64,000 bases of DNA, from positions 121,237-185,236 of the forward strand of contig CALWHE010000002.1 of the NCBI GenBank assembly GCA_944380295.1, read 5' to 3'. Numbering within the stretch: position 1 is the stretch's first letter; each line of letters starts with the position of its first letter. The position numbers and the translations under genes were made by a program. The stretch is from an uncultured Christensenellaceae bacterium. GTDB lineage: Bacteria; Bacillota; Clostridia; Christensenellales; UBA3700. Under the pieces are notes generated by a model that was given only the letters and a program-made list of their open reading frames with translations, was not told the origin of the DNA and ran no database searches. This document shows, piece after piece, positions 1-11,600 of this stretch.

Positions 1-1228
1 GGCGCGCCAGACAATAACGCGCGATCGCCTTGCCGAAGGGGATCTTGGCGGCTATCGAAAACACTTGGCGCGCCATCACGTCCAGATAATCTTCATCGCG
101 GAATTTGCAGTTGACCATGCCTATCTCCTGCCCCTGATAGACAAAAGGCGTGCCCTTTTGCATCTGCATGGCAACGGCAAGCATGGTGGCGGCTTCGTAG
201 CGCTTGTCACCGAAATCGCCGGTAAAGCGCCCCAGCGAACGCGGCTGATCGTGATTTTCCAAAAACAGCGTGTTCCAGCAGCTCTCGGGCAAACTCTGCC
301 ACTTGGAGAGCACGGCGGTGAAGCGCGGCAGTTTGAACTTGTGCGGGATGACTTCCATATACATGTCCGTGCACATATGCTCAAATCCGAAAATGGTGTC
401 CAGCTCTCCGCGTTCTTCGGCAATGCATTCGGGCGCGTTTTCAAAGGTCACGCCGGTGGATTCGCCCACCGTGTATGAATCGAATTTTGCCCAGGAATTT
501 TTGTTGAGCTCGCGGATAAATTCGTGGTAACGCGGACCCAGCACAAAGTGTTCGTCGCCGCACATGATGGGGTTGAACTTGCCGTTGGGCAGCCCTTCTT
601 CCTTGGAGATGTAAGTGATCACGTCACAGCGGAAGCCGTCTACGCCCTTTTCCATCCAAAAGTTGCATATATCCGCTATTTCACGGCGCACGGCGGGATT
701 TTCCCAGTTGAGGTCGGGCTGTTTTTTGCTGAAAAGGTGCAAATACCATTCCCCCGTCGCCTCATCGAACTGCCAGGCGCTGCCGCCGAAGCGCGACGTC
801 CAGTTATTGGGCGGGCGCTTGCCGTCTTTGCCCCTGCCCTTGCGCCAGATGTAATAATCGCGGAACGGATCGTCTTTGGAAGAGCGGCTTTTGACAAACC
901 ACTCGTGCTCGTCCGACGTGTGATTAGCCACCAGATCCATGATGAGCTTTATGCCGCGCGCGTGCATGCCCTCCAACATCTCTTCAAAGTCCGCCATGGT
1001 GCCGAATTCTTCCATGATCTCGCGGTAATTGCTGATGTCGTAACCGTTATCGTCATTGGGCGATTTGTAAATGGGAGAGAGCCACACCGCGTTCACGCCA
1101 AGATCTTTAATATAGTCCAACTTGGAGATGATGCCGCGCAGATCGCCTATGCCGTCACCGTTGGAATCGCAAAAACTGCGCGGATATATCTGATAGACCA
1201 CCGCGTCTTTATACCATCTTGTCTTCAT
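1..1228 (-). CDS. GH13 alpha-glucosidase (oligo-1,6-glucosidase-like), N-terminal ~409 codons only; 3' end lies beyond the window start
   Basis: Not in the supplied ORF track because it runs off the window edge. Hand translation of the minus strand from ATG 1228-1226 gives MKTRWYKDAVVYQIYPRSFCDSNGDGIGDLRGI. It contains the GH13 conserved regions DLVANHTSDEH, GFRCDVITYISK, YTVGES and FLENHDQPR. GGAGGTG Shine-Dalgarno at 1233-1239. The start overlaps the comF stop (ATGA). Confidence 0.85.
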   Translation of the reverse strand, partial: MKTRWYKDAVVYQIYPRSFCDSNGDGIGDLRGIISKLDYIKDLGVNAVWLSPIYKSPNDDNGYDISNYREIMEEFGTMADFEEMLEGMHARGIKLIMDLVANHTSDEHEWFVKSRSSKDDPFRDYYIWRKGRGKDGKRPPNNWTSRFGGSAWQFDEATGEWYLHLFSKKQPDLNWENPAVRREIADICNFWMEKGVDGFRCDVITYISKEEGLPNGKFNPIMCGDEHFVLGPRYHEFIRELNKNSWAKFDSYTVGESTGVTFENAPECIAEERGELDTIFGFEHMCTDMYMEVIPHKFKLPRFTAVLSKWQSLPESCWNTLFLENHDQPRSLGRFTGDFGDKRYEAATMLAVAMQMQKGTPFVYQGQEIGMVNCKFRDEDYLDVMARQVFSIAAKIPFGKAIARYCLAR

Positions 1229-1995
1229 ATTTCACCTCCGGAAAGGATATTTACCGATCTTGTGCTTGCATATGTGAGCACCTTGACGCCGGCAGCGCGG
1301 CACTTGTATGCCTCGCGCGCCACCGCGCTTGCCGTTGCGCCCGTTGTGAGCACGTCGTCTACGATGAGCACGTGCGCGCCGCGCAATCTCTTGGCGTTTT
1401 CTCCCCTGCCGTATGCGCCCAGCACGTTTTCTTCCCGCTCCGCGCCGCTCAGCCCGGCTTGCGCGGAATTGTCCTTTTTCTTGACGATCGCGTCCGCCGC
1501 AAAGGGAATGTGCAGCTCTGCGGAGAGATATTCGCACAAAAGCGCGGTGTGATCGAAGCCGCGCTCTTTCACGCGCGCCGGCGTGGCGGGAGCGTTGATC
1601 ATCACGGTGCAGTTCATGTCCGCCGCCGCATAAACCTCCGCCATATCGTGCGCGATGACTTTTGCCAGATAAAGCGCCTTGCCGTATTTATAATCGGTTA
1701 TTATCTTTCTGGCGCCGTCTTCATACACATAGCGGGAACGCGCCAGGTCGAAAACGCGGCTGTGGTTGCGGCAGGTTTCGCAATATTCTTCTTCCGCAAT
1801 GAGCACTCTTCCGCACTTTTTGCACACCCTGCCCGCATTTTCCGTGAGGCGGGAGCGGCACTTTTCGCAGACAACGCCGCAGCCGTCGGCTTCGCCGCCG
1901 CAAAAGACGCACACGGCGCCGGCGGGAGAGATAAAGCGCGTCAGCCTGTCCACCGCCATATAGCGCGCGGCGCTTATTGTCCCCTTATGCTTCAT
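1225..1995 (-). CDS. comF: ComF-family protein (phosphoribosyltransferase domain with N-terminal Cys-rich zinc-finger)
   Basis: ORF 1225..2037. N-terminal CxxC pairs (CVFCGGE, CEKC, CKKCG, CETC) and the PRTase motif AHVLIVDDVLTTGATA. I prefer the start at Met15 (MKHKGTIS, ATG at 1995) because a TATAAT box sits 6 nt upstream of it. Confidence 0.8.
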   Translation of the reverse strand: MKHKGTISAARYMAVDRLTRFISPAGAVCVFCGGEADGCGVVCEKCRSRLTENAGRVCKKCGRVLIAEEEYCETCRNHSRVFDLARSRYVYEDGARKIITDYKYGKALYLAKVIAHDMAEVYAAADMNCTVMINAPATPARVKERGFDHTALLCEYLSAELHIPFAADAIVKKKDNSAQAGLSGAEREENVLGAYGRGENAKRLRGAHVLIVDDVLTTGATASAVAREAYKCRAAGVKVLTYASTRSVNILSGGEI

Positions 1996-2001
1996 GTAAA
2001 T

Positions 2002-2030
2002 ATTATAACATATCCGCGCGCGCGTGTAAA
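2002..2030 (-). promoter_or_regulatory. Putative sigma-A type promoter of comF giving a leaderless mRNA
   Basis: Minus strand reads TTTACA - 17 nt (cgcgcgcgcggatatgt) - TATAAT - atttac - ATG. It has an extended -10 (TGtTATAAT). There is no Shine-Dalgarno sequence between the -10 and the ATG. Confidence 0.55.
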
Positions 2031-2065
2031 TACGCAAATTTCAATTCCGCTTGACAATATTGACA

Positions 2066-2089
2066 GAGCGCGCCGATTTCGGCGCGCTC
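2066..2089 (-). terminator. GC-rich hairpin downstream of the small lipoprotein gene (possible end of the giant-gene operon)
   Basis: gagcgcgccg-attt-cggcgcgctc, a 10-bp perfect stem about 30 nt after the stop at 2119. On the minus strand it is followed by only a moderately U-rich tract (ugucaauauugu). Confidence 0.5.
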
Positions 2090-2118
2090 CGCATTGGGGG
2101 AAGAAGACGGATATACCG

Positions 2119-2643
2119 TCAATAGTTATACACGGCGTTGAGCGTTACGGTAAAGTCGCTGCCGCCGCCGTTATATACATAAGAGATGTCCACGCTGAGC
2201 ACGTTGGTGGTCGCCGCGTCGATGGTGGCGGTTATGGTGCCGTCACTGTAATCGCCGTCTACGCCCAGGAAGGTCTCCAAATCGGAGATCTGCGCCGTGA
2301 AGGTGGCAATGCCGTCCGCCTCCGCCACCGCCGTGCCGGTGAAGGCGAGCGGATCGTAATTGAAAGCCGCATTGCCGTTCATATCGGGCACGAACGCCGT
2401 CACCACGCTCTGGATGTCAGAGGGAACGGACTGGGCGGGTTCGGGATAAGAATATATGACGGCGTTGGAGCTGTCTGTCACGGTGACGGATACGTCCGCC
2501 ACCGCCACGCCTTCGGAAACGCCGGAGAGATACTCCAATGCCAATTTGGGAGTGATTTCTTCCGTGCACGCCGCCGCGGTCAACACGGCTGCGCACAACA
2601 CTAACGCGGTGATGATGATGACCGCAGTCTTCTTCTTAGTCAT
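2119..2643 (-). CDS. Small secreted protein / probable lipoprotein (174 aa), translationally coupled to the 4443-aa gene
   Basis: ORF 2119..2682. I prefer the start at MTKKKTAVIIITALVLCAAVLTAAAC (ATG 2643-2641), which lies inside the last codons of the upstream gene (aATGACTAA). It has a signal peptide with a Cys at the end of the h-region, but the lipobox is imperfect (A-A-A-C). Confidence 0.65.
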   Translation of the reverse strand: MTKKKTAVIIITALVLCAAVLTAAACTEEITPKLALEYLSGVSEGVAVADVSVTVTDSSNAVIYSYPEPAQSVPSDIQSVVTAFVPDMNGNAAFNYDPLAFTGTAVAEADGIATFTAQISDLETFLGVDGDYSDGTITATIDAATTNVLSVDISYVYNGGGSDFTVTLNAVYNY

Positions 2644-5600
2644 TGAGGTCGTCCTCCTTTTTGTTCCTTTTGCGTGCGGCAAACACCATGCCTATGCCGA
2701 AGAGCGGCAGGGACAGCGCGCCTGCGGTGGCGGCGGCAGTTGCCGTGGTGGTGGCGGAAGCCTTGCCCGCCGCCCTTTCCGCCGCGTTGACGGCGGAGTC
2801 TATGGCGCCTTGCAGGTCTTCTATATATTCGCTGCGCGCCTCTTCCACGGCTGCCAACGCTTCATCTATCTCCGCACCTCTCGCCTCTCGATCGGCGGCG
2901 CTGATGTTTTCCACCTGCTGCAACAGTTCCGCATAGCGGGTGAAACCGGTGGCGTTGAAGCTGCGCGCCAGCTCATCCGCGGCGGTGAGGATATCGTCCA
3001 CGCTGGCGGTGGTGGTGGCGGTGAGCGTCACTTTTTTGAGGTCGTATTCGTGCACGTCGTCGGCGGTGGCATAGTTGCCGTCATTGACGCGCAGCATCAC
3101 GGTCACGTTCTGCTCGGGCGCGAGCGCGGGGATGACGTTATTGCCCTTGACCGCCTTCACCCAAGTCTGTCCGTTGTCCAGAGAATACTCGTATGCGCGA
3201 GGCGTGCCGCTGATGTTGAAGGCAACGGAAGTGCTGTTAACGGACGTGAGCACCGCGCTCACGCTCTCAGCCGCCTGCACCACGCTTGCGGGAGTGACTT
3301 TGACTTTGCACAGTTCCGCGCCGCTGGCTTCGGCGTTGATCTCACCATTGGAGGTGATATTGTCATACTCGCAGGTGAAGGAGAGGTCGAGATAATACTC
3401 GCCCGCATTCACCGCGCGCAGACCGCCCAAGGTCACGGTAAACTTGCCGTCCGCATAAACGGGCACGCCGACAAGGGTGAGCTGGGACACGGTGGTATTG
3501 CCGTTCACCAGCCTGCCGACATTGCTGTTGAAGCTCAGACCAAACCTGTCAGCGTCCAAACTGCCGTCGCCCTGCGCAGGACCCATGGAGTTGACGGTGA
3601 GCACCACCTTAACGGAATCGGAACCGTAAACGATGGGGTCGGGAGCCTGGGTCAGACCCACAGACGCGCCGATGCTGTAAGAGTAGCCGGGGCCGGTCAG
3701 CTTGCCCGTGAAGTTGCCCTTGCCGGTGACGGTGAAGCCGTATGTGCCGGTATACTTGCCACCCTCGTTGCCACCCTCGCCGTTTTCGTTTTCAAAGGTC
3801 ACGGTGTAATCGGTGCCGGAGATGAGCTTCAGGGTGCGGTCGTAGAAGATAGACAATTCGAGCCTTTTTTCATCCACCGCCACGGGCTGTCCGCCCTTGG
3901 TGGTGTAATCGAAGTGGTCTTTGAAGGCGATATCTATGCCGTCATTGGACAGATCGCGCTGCTTGATGGTGAACGTGAGCGGCCCGTCGGAAGTGTTGAC
4001 CTCAAAGGTGGCGTTTTCCTCCGCGTTGGGAGAATTGACCACCAGCTTGAAGGTGTAAGAACCGGCACCGGCAAGCAGCGCACGCTGTTCCTTGCTGAGT
4101 TCGGCAACGCCGTTTTTCACGTTGTATGTGAGCAGCGGCTGCTTTGCGCCGTCCTTGAACACCTGCACGTCGTAAGAAGTCACGTCCAACGTGTGCTGCA
4201 CTGTGCTGTTCAGCTTTTCCGCTATCGCGAGCGTGAAGGTGAAGTTGGGCACGAGCGCTTCGCCGTTATAAATCTGCGAACTTCTGGCTTTATTTCTCAC
4301 GTTTGCCGTGAAATCGCTTGCCGGAGCGGGAGCGATGACGAGCGTATATTCGGTGATCTTCACTTCATTGGTGGTCAGTTCCACGGACACGGTCATCTTG
4401 TATGTGCCCGCGCTCATGATGGAGTCGAGCGCCGTTCCGTCTGCACCCGCAAAGGTCACGTTGATGCCGCTGGCAAAGATGCTGTCGGAGAAATCTCTGT
4501 CGCCGTCGCGCTCAAGCGGCACGGTGGCGTCCGGCGCGGCAATGCTGCCTTTGACGGCGGCTTGTGTTCTCTTATAGCGATAGACTGCCAGGTAATCACC
4601 CAAGATGGTCTTGGAGTTGATGGTCATGCCGTCAAACGTCCTGCTCCAAACCTTGCCGGCCTCGTCGTCCTGCGTGAACAGCGCGTGTATGCCGGCGTTT
4701 TCATCACCGTCCAAAGCCGCGGTCACTTCGAGCGCGGGAGATGCGGCAATGGTGATATTGATGTCTATCATATTGTTCTGCGTTTGCACGGGAGTGTCAC
4801 TGCCTTCCGGCGTAACGGTTATGACAGGCACCTCATTATCGGCGTTGGCGATCACATAGTTGGCGCTGCCGGTGGAGATATGGATATTATACTCGCCCAC
4901 GGCTGCCAGGTTGCCGCTGTCGCCGTCATCTATGACAAGAGCAAGTTCCGCAGCAAGTTCCGCGTCGTTTCTCACGCCGCCGAGCCTTGCCGCCGTTTCA
5001 AACCGGCCGAAGGGCACGAATTTGCCGCTTTCGCCGAAGTAACCGCTCTGGATATACACGCGGTCGGACTCCTCAAACTTATAGCCCGTCCAAATGGTGG
5101 AATACTCCCACCAGCCGACGTGATCGGCACGGGTGCTTGGAGTGGCTTTTTCCTTATACTCGCCCTTATACTCGCCGTCTGTGCCCCAAGTGTAAGTGAC
5201 GGTGTCGAAGAGCAGTCTGAGCACGGCTTTTTCCACGTTCATTTTCACGTCCACGGAGTAAGACGCCGCGTCAGGATCCTGCGTGGTGTTGGGGGTCAGC
5301 GTGGCGAGAGTGCTGTCCGCGCCGTTGATGGTAACGGTATAATTGCCGTTGTTCAGCGTGAAGACGACTTTTGTGTTGTATTCGCCGGCGATGGTGGCGG
5401 TGCCTGCGACAAAGCCGCCTTCATCCGCCGCCGCCACGGAGAGGACGCCGTAAGCGCCGAAGCCGTGTTCCTGAGTGATGCCGTTCTGACCTTCAAGTCC
5501 GAAGCCGGTGTTCAGCACGTTGCCCTCCGCGTCTTTGAACACGAAGGTCAGTCTGCCGAAGGATGCGCCTTGATAGACCTTGTTAAAGGTCACGCCGGCG

Positions 5601-8600
5601 GCAGTGAGCACCTGCGCGCTGTCTGCTCCGTCTTTTTCCAGATACACCTGCGCGTTGGCAAGATCCACGCTCACGGCATAAGGCTTGACTTCAACGCTTG
5701 TGTATGCGGTCTGGTAATCCAACTCGTAATTCTTGTGAGAGAAGTTTATCTCCAACTCATAAGCGTTTGCATAAGTGCCGATGTCGTAGCCCTTGGTATA
5801 GACGCGGAGGTCGAGCATCGAGTAAGTGATGACGGCGCCGGAAGTTGCAATATCGTCAACATCGGCGTATTCGGGCGAGCCGTCGGAGCCGATGCCCACC
5901 TGCTTTTTCCATGCCAGCGTGAAGTGTTTGAGCACGGTATCGGCGCTAGTGATGTCCGTAATGGCGTCGCCGTAAGTGACGACGTATTTCTGCGAAGCGA
6001 CCAGGATCGCCTGCATCGCCGCCTTGGTGATCTCAAATTCGGGATAAGAGCCGTTTGTGATCAGGCGCGCGGACTTGACGTAATTGCCGTCGCCCTCATA
6101 GACCACGATGGGCAGATACACGCCCACATCGGTGGCGGCAGCCGCGTCGCCGACGGAAGTAAAGACAAAGTCAGTATAACCGTTCTGCGCCGCCCACTCA
6201 TCCAGATCGAGCTCGCTGTTTGCCGTCAGGTAAGCCTCCACCATTTGCTGAGCGCTTTCGTTGGTGACTTTTCCCTCTTCATCCATGAGGAGGTAATAGA
6301 CGTCGGAAGCGCCGCCGGCGTTGGACACGCGCCTGCCGTTCAGTTCATAAGACACCTGATCGGGGGCGATGGTGTTGCCGTTTTCGTTATAAACGGCGGT
6401 GTAATAAGACTGAGCAAAGCGCACGTTGAGGTCGGCTTTATTGATGACTATCTGCACCTGCTCGGAATCTTTGACGTTATAGTTGGCGCTGCCCGCGGCG
6501 GTGACGTAAACGGTGTAAGTGCCCGCTTCGTTGATCTTGCCGCCGGCGGCAAATTCGCCATCGCCGAACTTGACCATGATGTTGACTTCGCCGCCCAAAA
6601 CCGCCGCCTGGACGTCAAGACCGGATTCATCGGTGATCTTCCAGCCGAGCGAGAAGTCATAACCGGTGTAAGTCTGACCATTAACGGCTTCATAGCCGGT
6701 GACGAAAGCGGTGGCGTTTATCTTGGTTATTTCAAAGAGCACGTATTGATCGGAAACGCTGCCTTCCAGGTTGTTGTCCCCGTCGGCGGCAAACCAGATC
6801 TTGTATTTGCCAACGCTCATGATGGAGCTGGTTGCGGGCAGCTCCACCCAATCTTCACTGCCGTCAGCCAGATATTGGATGGCAAAGATGCCCACGTTTT
6901 CTGTGGTGTAAGGCGCGTAATCATTGGTGTTGCCGGGCAGCGTGGTGTATTCAAGCCCCAGCCTCACCTTGGAGAGCACATATTCCGTTTGGGTGTTGCC
7001 GGCGGAGTAAGAGACGGAGCCGATGTTATATTCCCCGGGATTTTGCTCTTGCCCTTCTTCACCCTCTTCGCCCTCGGTCACGCCGACGGGGTTACCGTCC
7101 TCGTCGGCGAGGAAGCCGGGCGCGGTGGCGGTGACTTCTATCATGCTCTCCTGGGTCTCCATCATGATCTCCAAGTTTTTGTCTTTGCTGACGAACACAT
7201 AGGAGATATAGTATTGACCCACGGGGGATTCTACGCCGAGCACCTGATAATCGGTGTAAGGCACGCCGCTGCCGTCATCACCGAACAAGGTGATGTAATT
7301 ATCGTAATTGCCCGCCTTGAAGGCTTCTTCAAACATCTGATAATGACCGGTTTCGGTGGCGAGTTCGCCGTCTTCCAGCGTGGCTTTGAGCGCGCCGTTG
7401 AGGGTGGTGAGGTCAAACTCCGTGCCGAACGGCGTGGTGAGCGTCACGCCCTCTTCCTGTGTGACGGTGATGTGATATTCCGCCGCCTGTTGGACAAAGT
7501 CCCAGGTATAGGAGAAAGGCGCATATTTGCCGTTCATGCCGTCGAAGACGAATTCGAAGGTGTATGTGCCGGCATTGGTGATGCCGTATGCGCCACCGAC
7601 GTTCTGCGAGCCGTTATTATAGCCGGTCACGTTGTAAGTATAGACCTTGTTGCCTTCTTCATCGGTGACGGTGAGGTGGAAGTAAGTCTTATCCAGCACT
7701 TCATATCTGACCTTTTCACCGAGGACGGTGTCTGTGTAATTGCTGCCGGTGACGTTGACGCTGACCGCAGCCGTTGAAGAATTGACCGATTTGACCAGAG
7801 GGTTGGTGCTTACGTCGCCGCTGTATTCGAATGCGGAAGCGGGGATAGCCACGCCGCGCAGAATGAATTGAGCCTTGTCAAGCAACTCCTGCGTGAATTC
7901 TTCCAAAGAAGTTGCCACATCGTTAAGCTCGTTATAGCCTCCCGTCAGCATATCATTGCCATCGTTATAGAAGTCGGAGGTGTAGAGCATTTCAAACTCC
8001 ACCTGCGCGGGTTCAAAGCTGATGGTGCCGGAGCCGCGATGGTATGTGGGCACATATTGCAGATTGTTGTTATCGTCACGGATAGGATTGCCGTCTTCAT
8101 CGGCATAAACTTCCATGGCGGAGGAATAACTGCTGCCGGAATCGGGCACGGACACCACATCCTTCAAATTTTCGGGGACGTCGGCGCTGTGTCTGTTGTC
8201 CACGCGGACTTCTATCAGGTAGACCGCCGCGGCCTGCCCGTTTGCGTAACCCAGGTCGGTGACGTTGCCGTAAGGACCTTCTATCTGTCCCGCTTCCGGA
8301 TCCGTCTTCATGGCATAATACTTCTTGACGGGCGTGGCCCTCACCTGGTTGTTTGCGTCAAAGCCCCAGGTGTAATCGTAAAGTTTGGTGTAACGCGCCA
8401 CGCCGTCGGTCATGTCGTAACGATAAGACACGGTGATCACTATCTCGCCCGTTTTGAGCTGGTTCATCAAATTGGTCATGCCGTTGAGGTCGACGCCGGA
8501 GAAGGTGATGAGGTCGGTGTTGATAAACCATTTGCCGTTTTCCTGATAAATGACGTCGCGGCCGTTGAAGCCGGCAAGACCGCTGTATTCCTGCGTGGCA

Positions 8601-11600
8601 ACGGAGATGAAGCGGATACCCATGTTACCGGTGGTTATCTGCATGATAAGGGGGTCATCGCCGCTCATCATAAAGCCGTGGAGCTCTTCATAGTTGCCGT
8701 TGAATTTCCTGCCTATGTTGAACCAATACTCCACGTAGTAAGAGCCGGTGTCGATAGCCTCGTCGAGGGCATAGCCGTTTGCCATGACATCGTATTGCGC
8801 GCCGTTTATCTCCACGGTGGTGCCGGTGGCGGTGCTTGCCACCTTGTAGAACTTATAAGTGAAGGCGCCGTCATCGGTCACATAGACCTGCGCGGGATTG
8901 AACTGCGTGATGGTGGCTTCCGCCGTGGGACGGATACCCGTGCCGGTATAGTAAACGTTGTTTTCGTTCAGACCGGTGCTGGTGGGGATGGAGATGTCAA
9001 GCGAGATCTTGTCTGTGGGCACGATGTCGAATTCCACCTCGTATTCGCCCGTGGTCACGTAATAGACGTTGGCGGAGTCTATGGTGAGCAAAGCGTAATA
9101 ATGCGCCGCGTCAACGGGATCGGCAGGTTCCTTGACTATTGTGCCTTCACTCTCCGTCACCTTGAAATAAGTGAAGGAGTAAGTTGCCGGCACGCCCAAG
9201 AACTCCACGGTAGGCTCATGGAAGAGGTTGTTGAACATGGCGTCCGCGGGCGCGGTGACGTTGGCAAATCCGTCAAGCGTGGTGAGCTGCAATTTGTTTA
9301 TCACCAAGGAAATGTTGGTGAAGGTGGAGCGCACAAAGTTGGCGCCGCTCACGGTGACGGACACGTTGTAAGTGCCCGCGTTGACGGGAGAAGCCGTAAA
9401 GCCGTTTTGCGAGTAAGCGATGGTAACGGTCAAAGCGCCGTCATTATCTTCCGCATAAGTTGCCGCGCCAAAGGTGAAGGTGAGCGCGGAGGCGGAGATC
9501 TCCTGAGGATCGCCGTCCGGGTCGTAAGTGACGGTGAGGATGAACGCGCCGTCCTCTTCCGCCGCTTCCGCCACGCCGGAGAGCGTGAGGGTGGCCTGCG
9601 CCACATTGAGGTTGCGGGTGGCAACGCGGCTGACGTCATAGTTGCCCGTTTCAACGGACTCTGTTCCGTTCATCACGGAAGCCACGGTGGCGGCGGCGGT
9701 GTAAGCGCCGGCGTTTTTGACCACTTTGCCGCCCTGCCCGTCGGTATAAGCAACGCCGAAGGTGACCACGTCGCCGTTGGGCATATCCATATCCGCAATG
9801 GTGAACAGCTCATCTGCCGCAAATTCGCTGCCCTTGTAAACGGGCTTGGCGGATTCGTCCCAAGTCACGGATGTGATCACGTAAGGCGTAACGGTGAGCG
9901 TGCCGCCGTTGTGGGCGGTTATCTCATAGTTGTCGTCTTGCGAGGACAGGGACGTGAAGTCATAAGCATAAGAATCTGCGTTTATCCTGTTCACGGCGGG
10001 AGCCGCCTCGCCATCGAGGGTCAGCCCGTCCGTTGCGAGCACGGGCATATCGTCGCCGGTGAACAAGGTGGTGCCGCCCGTCAAGGTGTAAGTGAGCGCG
10101 GGCAGCTGTTCCGTGCCGTAAACCATGGAGAGGTTGCCCAGCGTGATCTGTATCTTGCGGGGGATGACGTTGACGTTGCCGTTAGTCGTTTCCACCGTGA
10201 AGTTTTTCGTGGCGGTGACGGAGAGCTCGATGGCGCCCTCATAAAGTCCCACGCCTTTGCCGGGCTGATAATTCAGCGCGGTGGTGTAAGAATATTGCGA
10301 AGTGAACGCCGCGCCGAGCTTAGAGATCTCTTCCTCCGTCAGAGACGTTTCACCCTTGGAGATGACGGTGGTGACGGAAGGAGTGACGGCTTTGCCGTAT
10401 TCAACTTCCGCATTGCCCGCACTCACCTGCAAAGTGAGTTTTTGCACGTTTATTTTGCCCGTTTTCACGGCGGCGAGAGTATAGTTGTAATACCCGTCCA
10501 CGCCGGTGTTGAGCACCAGGTCGTATTCATACTCGCCGGCATTGACATACGTGCCGCCGATGGCGGCGGAGACCGCGGTCACATATTTCTTGTATTGTTC
10601 TTCCATCTTCACCACGCCCATGATGTCAGCGGCGGTGATGGTTTCGGTATAATACTTATCAAGCTGACCCAAGTTCTCCGCGTTCACCGCGATCTCCAGC
10701 GGATCCACCGTCCAGGTGAAGGGAGCGGTGATGGTGACGGTGCGCTTGTTATCGGGATGTGAAGTTGTGCCTTCCTTATAAACGGCTTCAACCGTCAACG
10801 TAACGGTCAGCGTATAAGAACCGGCGTCGACGGGCTTTGCAAACTGTTCATCAAAGACATTGCCGTTAAAGACAACGCTTGCAGCTGCGCCGCCGGTCAG
10901 CGTTTTCGAACCCGATGCGGACTCTCCGATAAGATTTGCGCCGCTGAGCGTCAGCACTGCGTTTTTAATATTGATCTCCAAAACATCGGCAACCGCGCCT
11001 TCGTCCATAACGACAGAGCCGTCGTCACCGTTAACTTTAAGGTCTTGCGTTCCTGCCTGTCCTGCCGCAGCATAGAGAACGCCGTTTACGGTGTAATCCG
11101 TGCCGTAAGTTACGCTGCCGGTCAAACTGGAACGCAAAGCTATCTTATAGATATATATTGCGTAAGTGGTGGCTTCGGCAACGGCGTAATTATCATTGTT
11201 AAACGCGCCGGACTTGGTCACGGTCAGTTTTGCCTGATATTTACCGCCGTCCGAACCGATCGTTGTTGCGGCGGCGCCGCCTTCTTCCAATATCTCCACG
11301 TCAACCTTGATGGCGTCTTTTTCAATGACGGAACCATCGGCATCGAGCACCTCGTAATTGATTTGCGATTTGTATTCCTCAATGCCCGTGGCGGCGGCGT
11401 TATAAAGTATCGTTGTGTTCAACCCCTGCGCGGTGAGCGTGTAAGGATCGATCGTCACCGTATACGAATCGGAGAGCGCATAGTTGGCATTGTCCACGCC
11501 GAAGGTGAAGTTGTATTCGCCGGCGTTGACGATGTCGCCGGAAACGGCCGAGCCGTCCTTTGTAACGGTGAAGGTGATGTTGACCACGTCGCCGGCGATG

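Noticed and set aside
65-2604. Plus-strand ORFs 65..478, 270..530, 524..1552 and 1219..2604
   Set aside because: They lie antisense to the GH13 glucosidase (hand-translated, with all four GH13 conserved regions), to comF and to the lipoprotein gene. No motifs or SD sites are present.
2636-2730. LPXTG sortase signal at the C-terminus of the 4443-aa protein
   Set aside because: The hydrophobic helix and basic tail are present, but no LPXTG, NPQTN or SPKTG-like pentapeptide precedes them. I therefore did not call it a sortase substrate.
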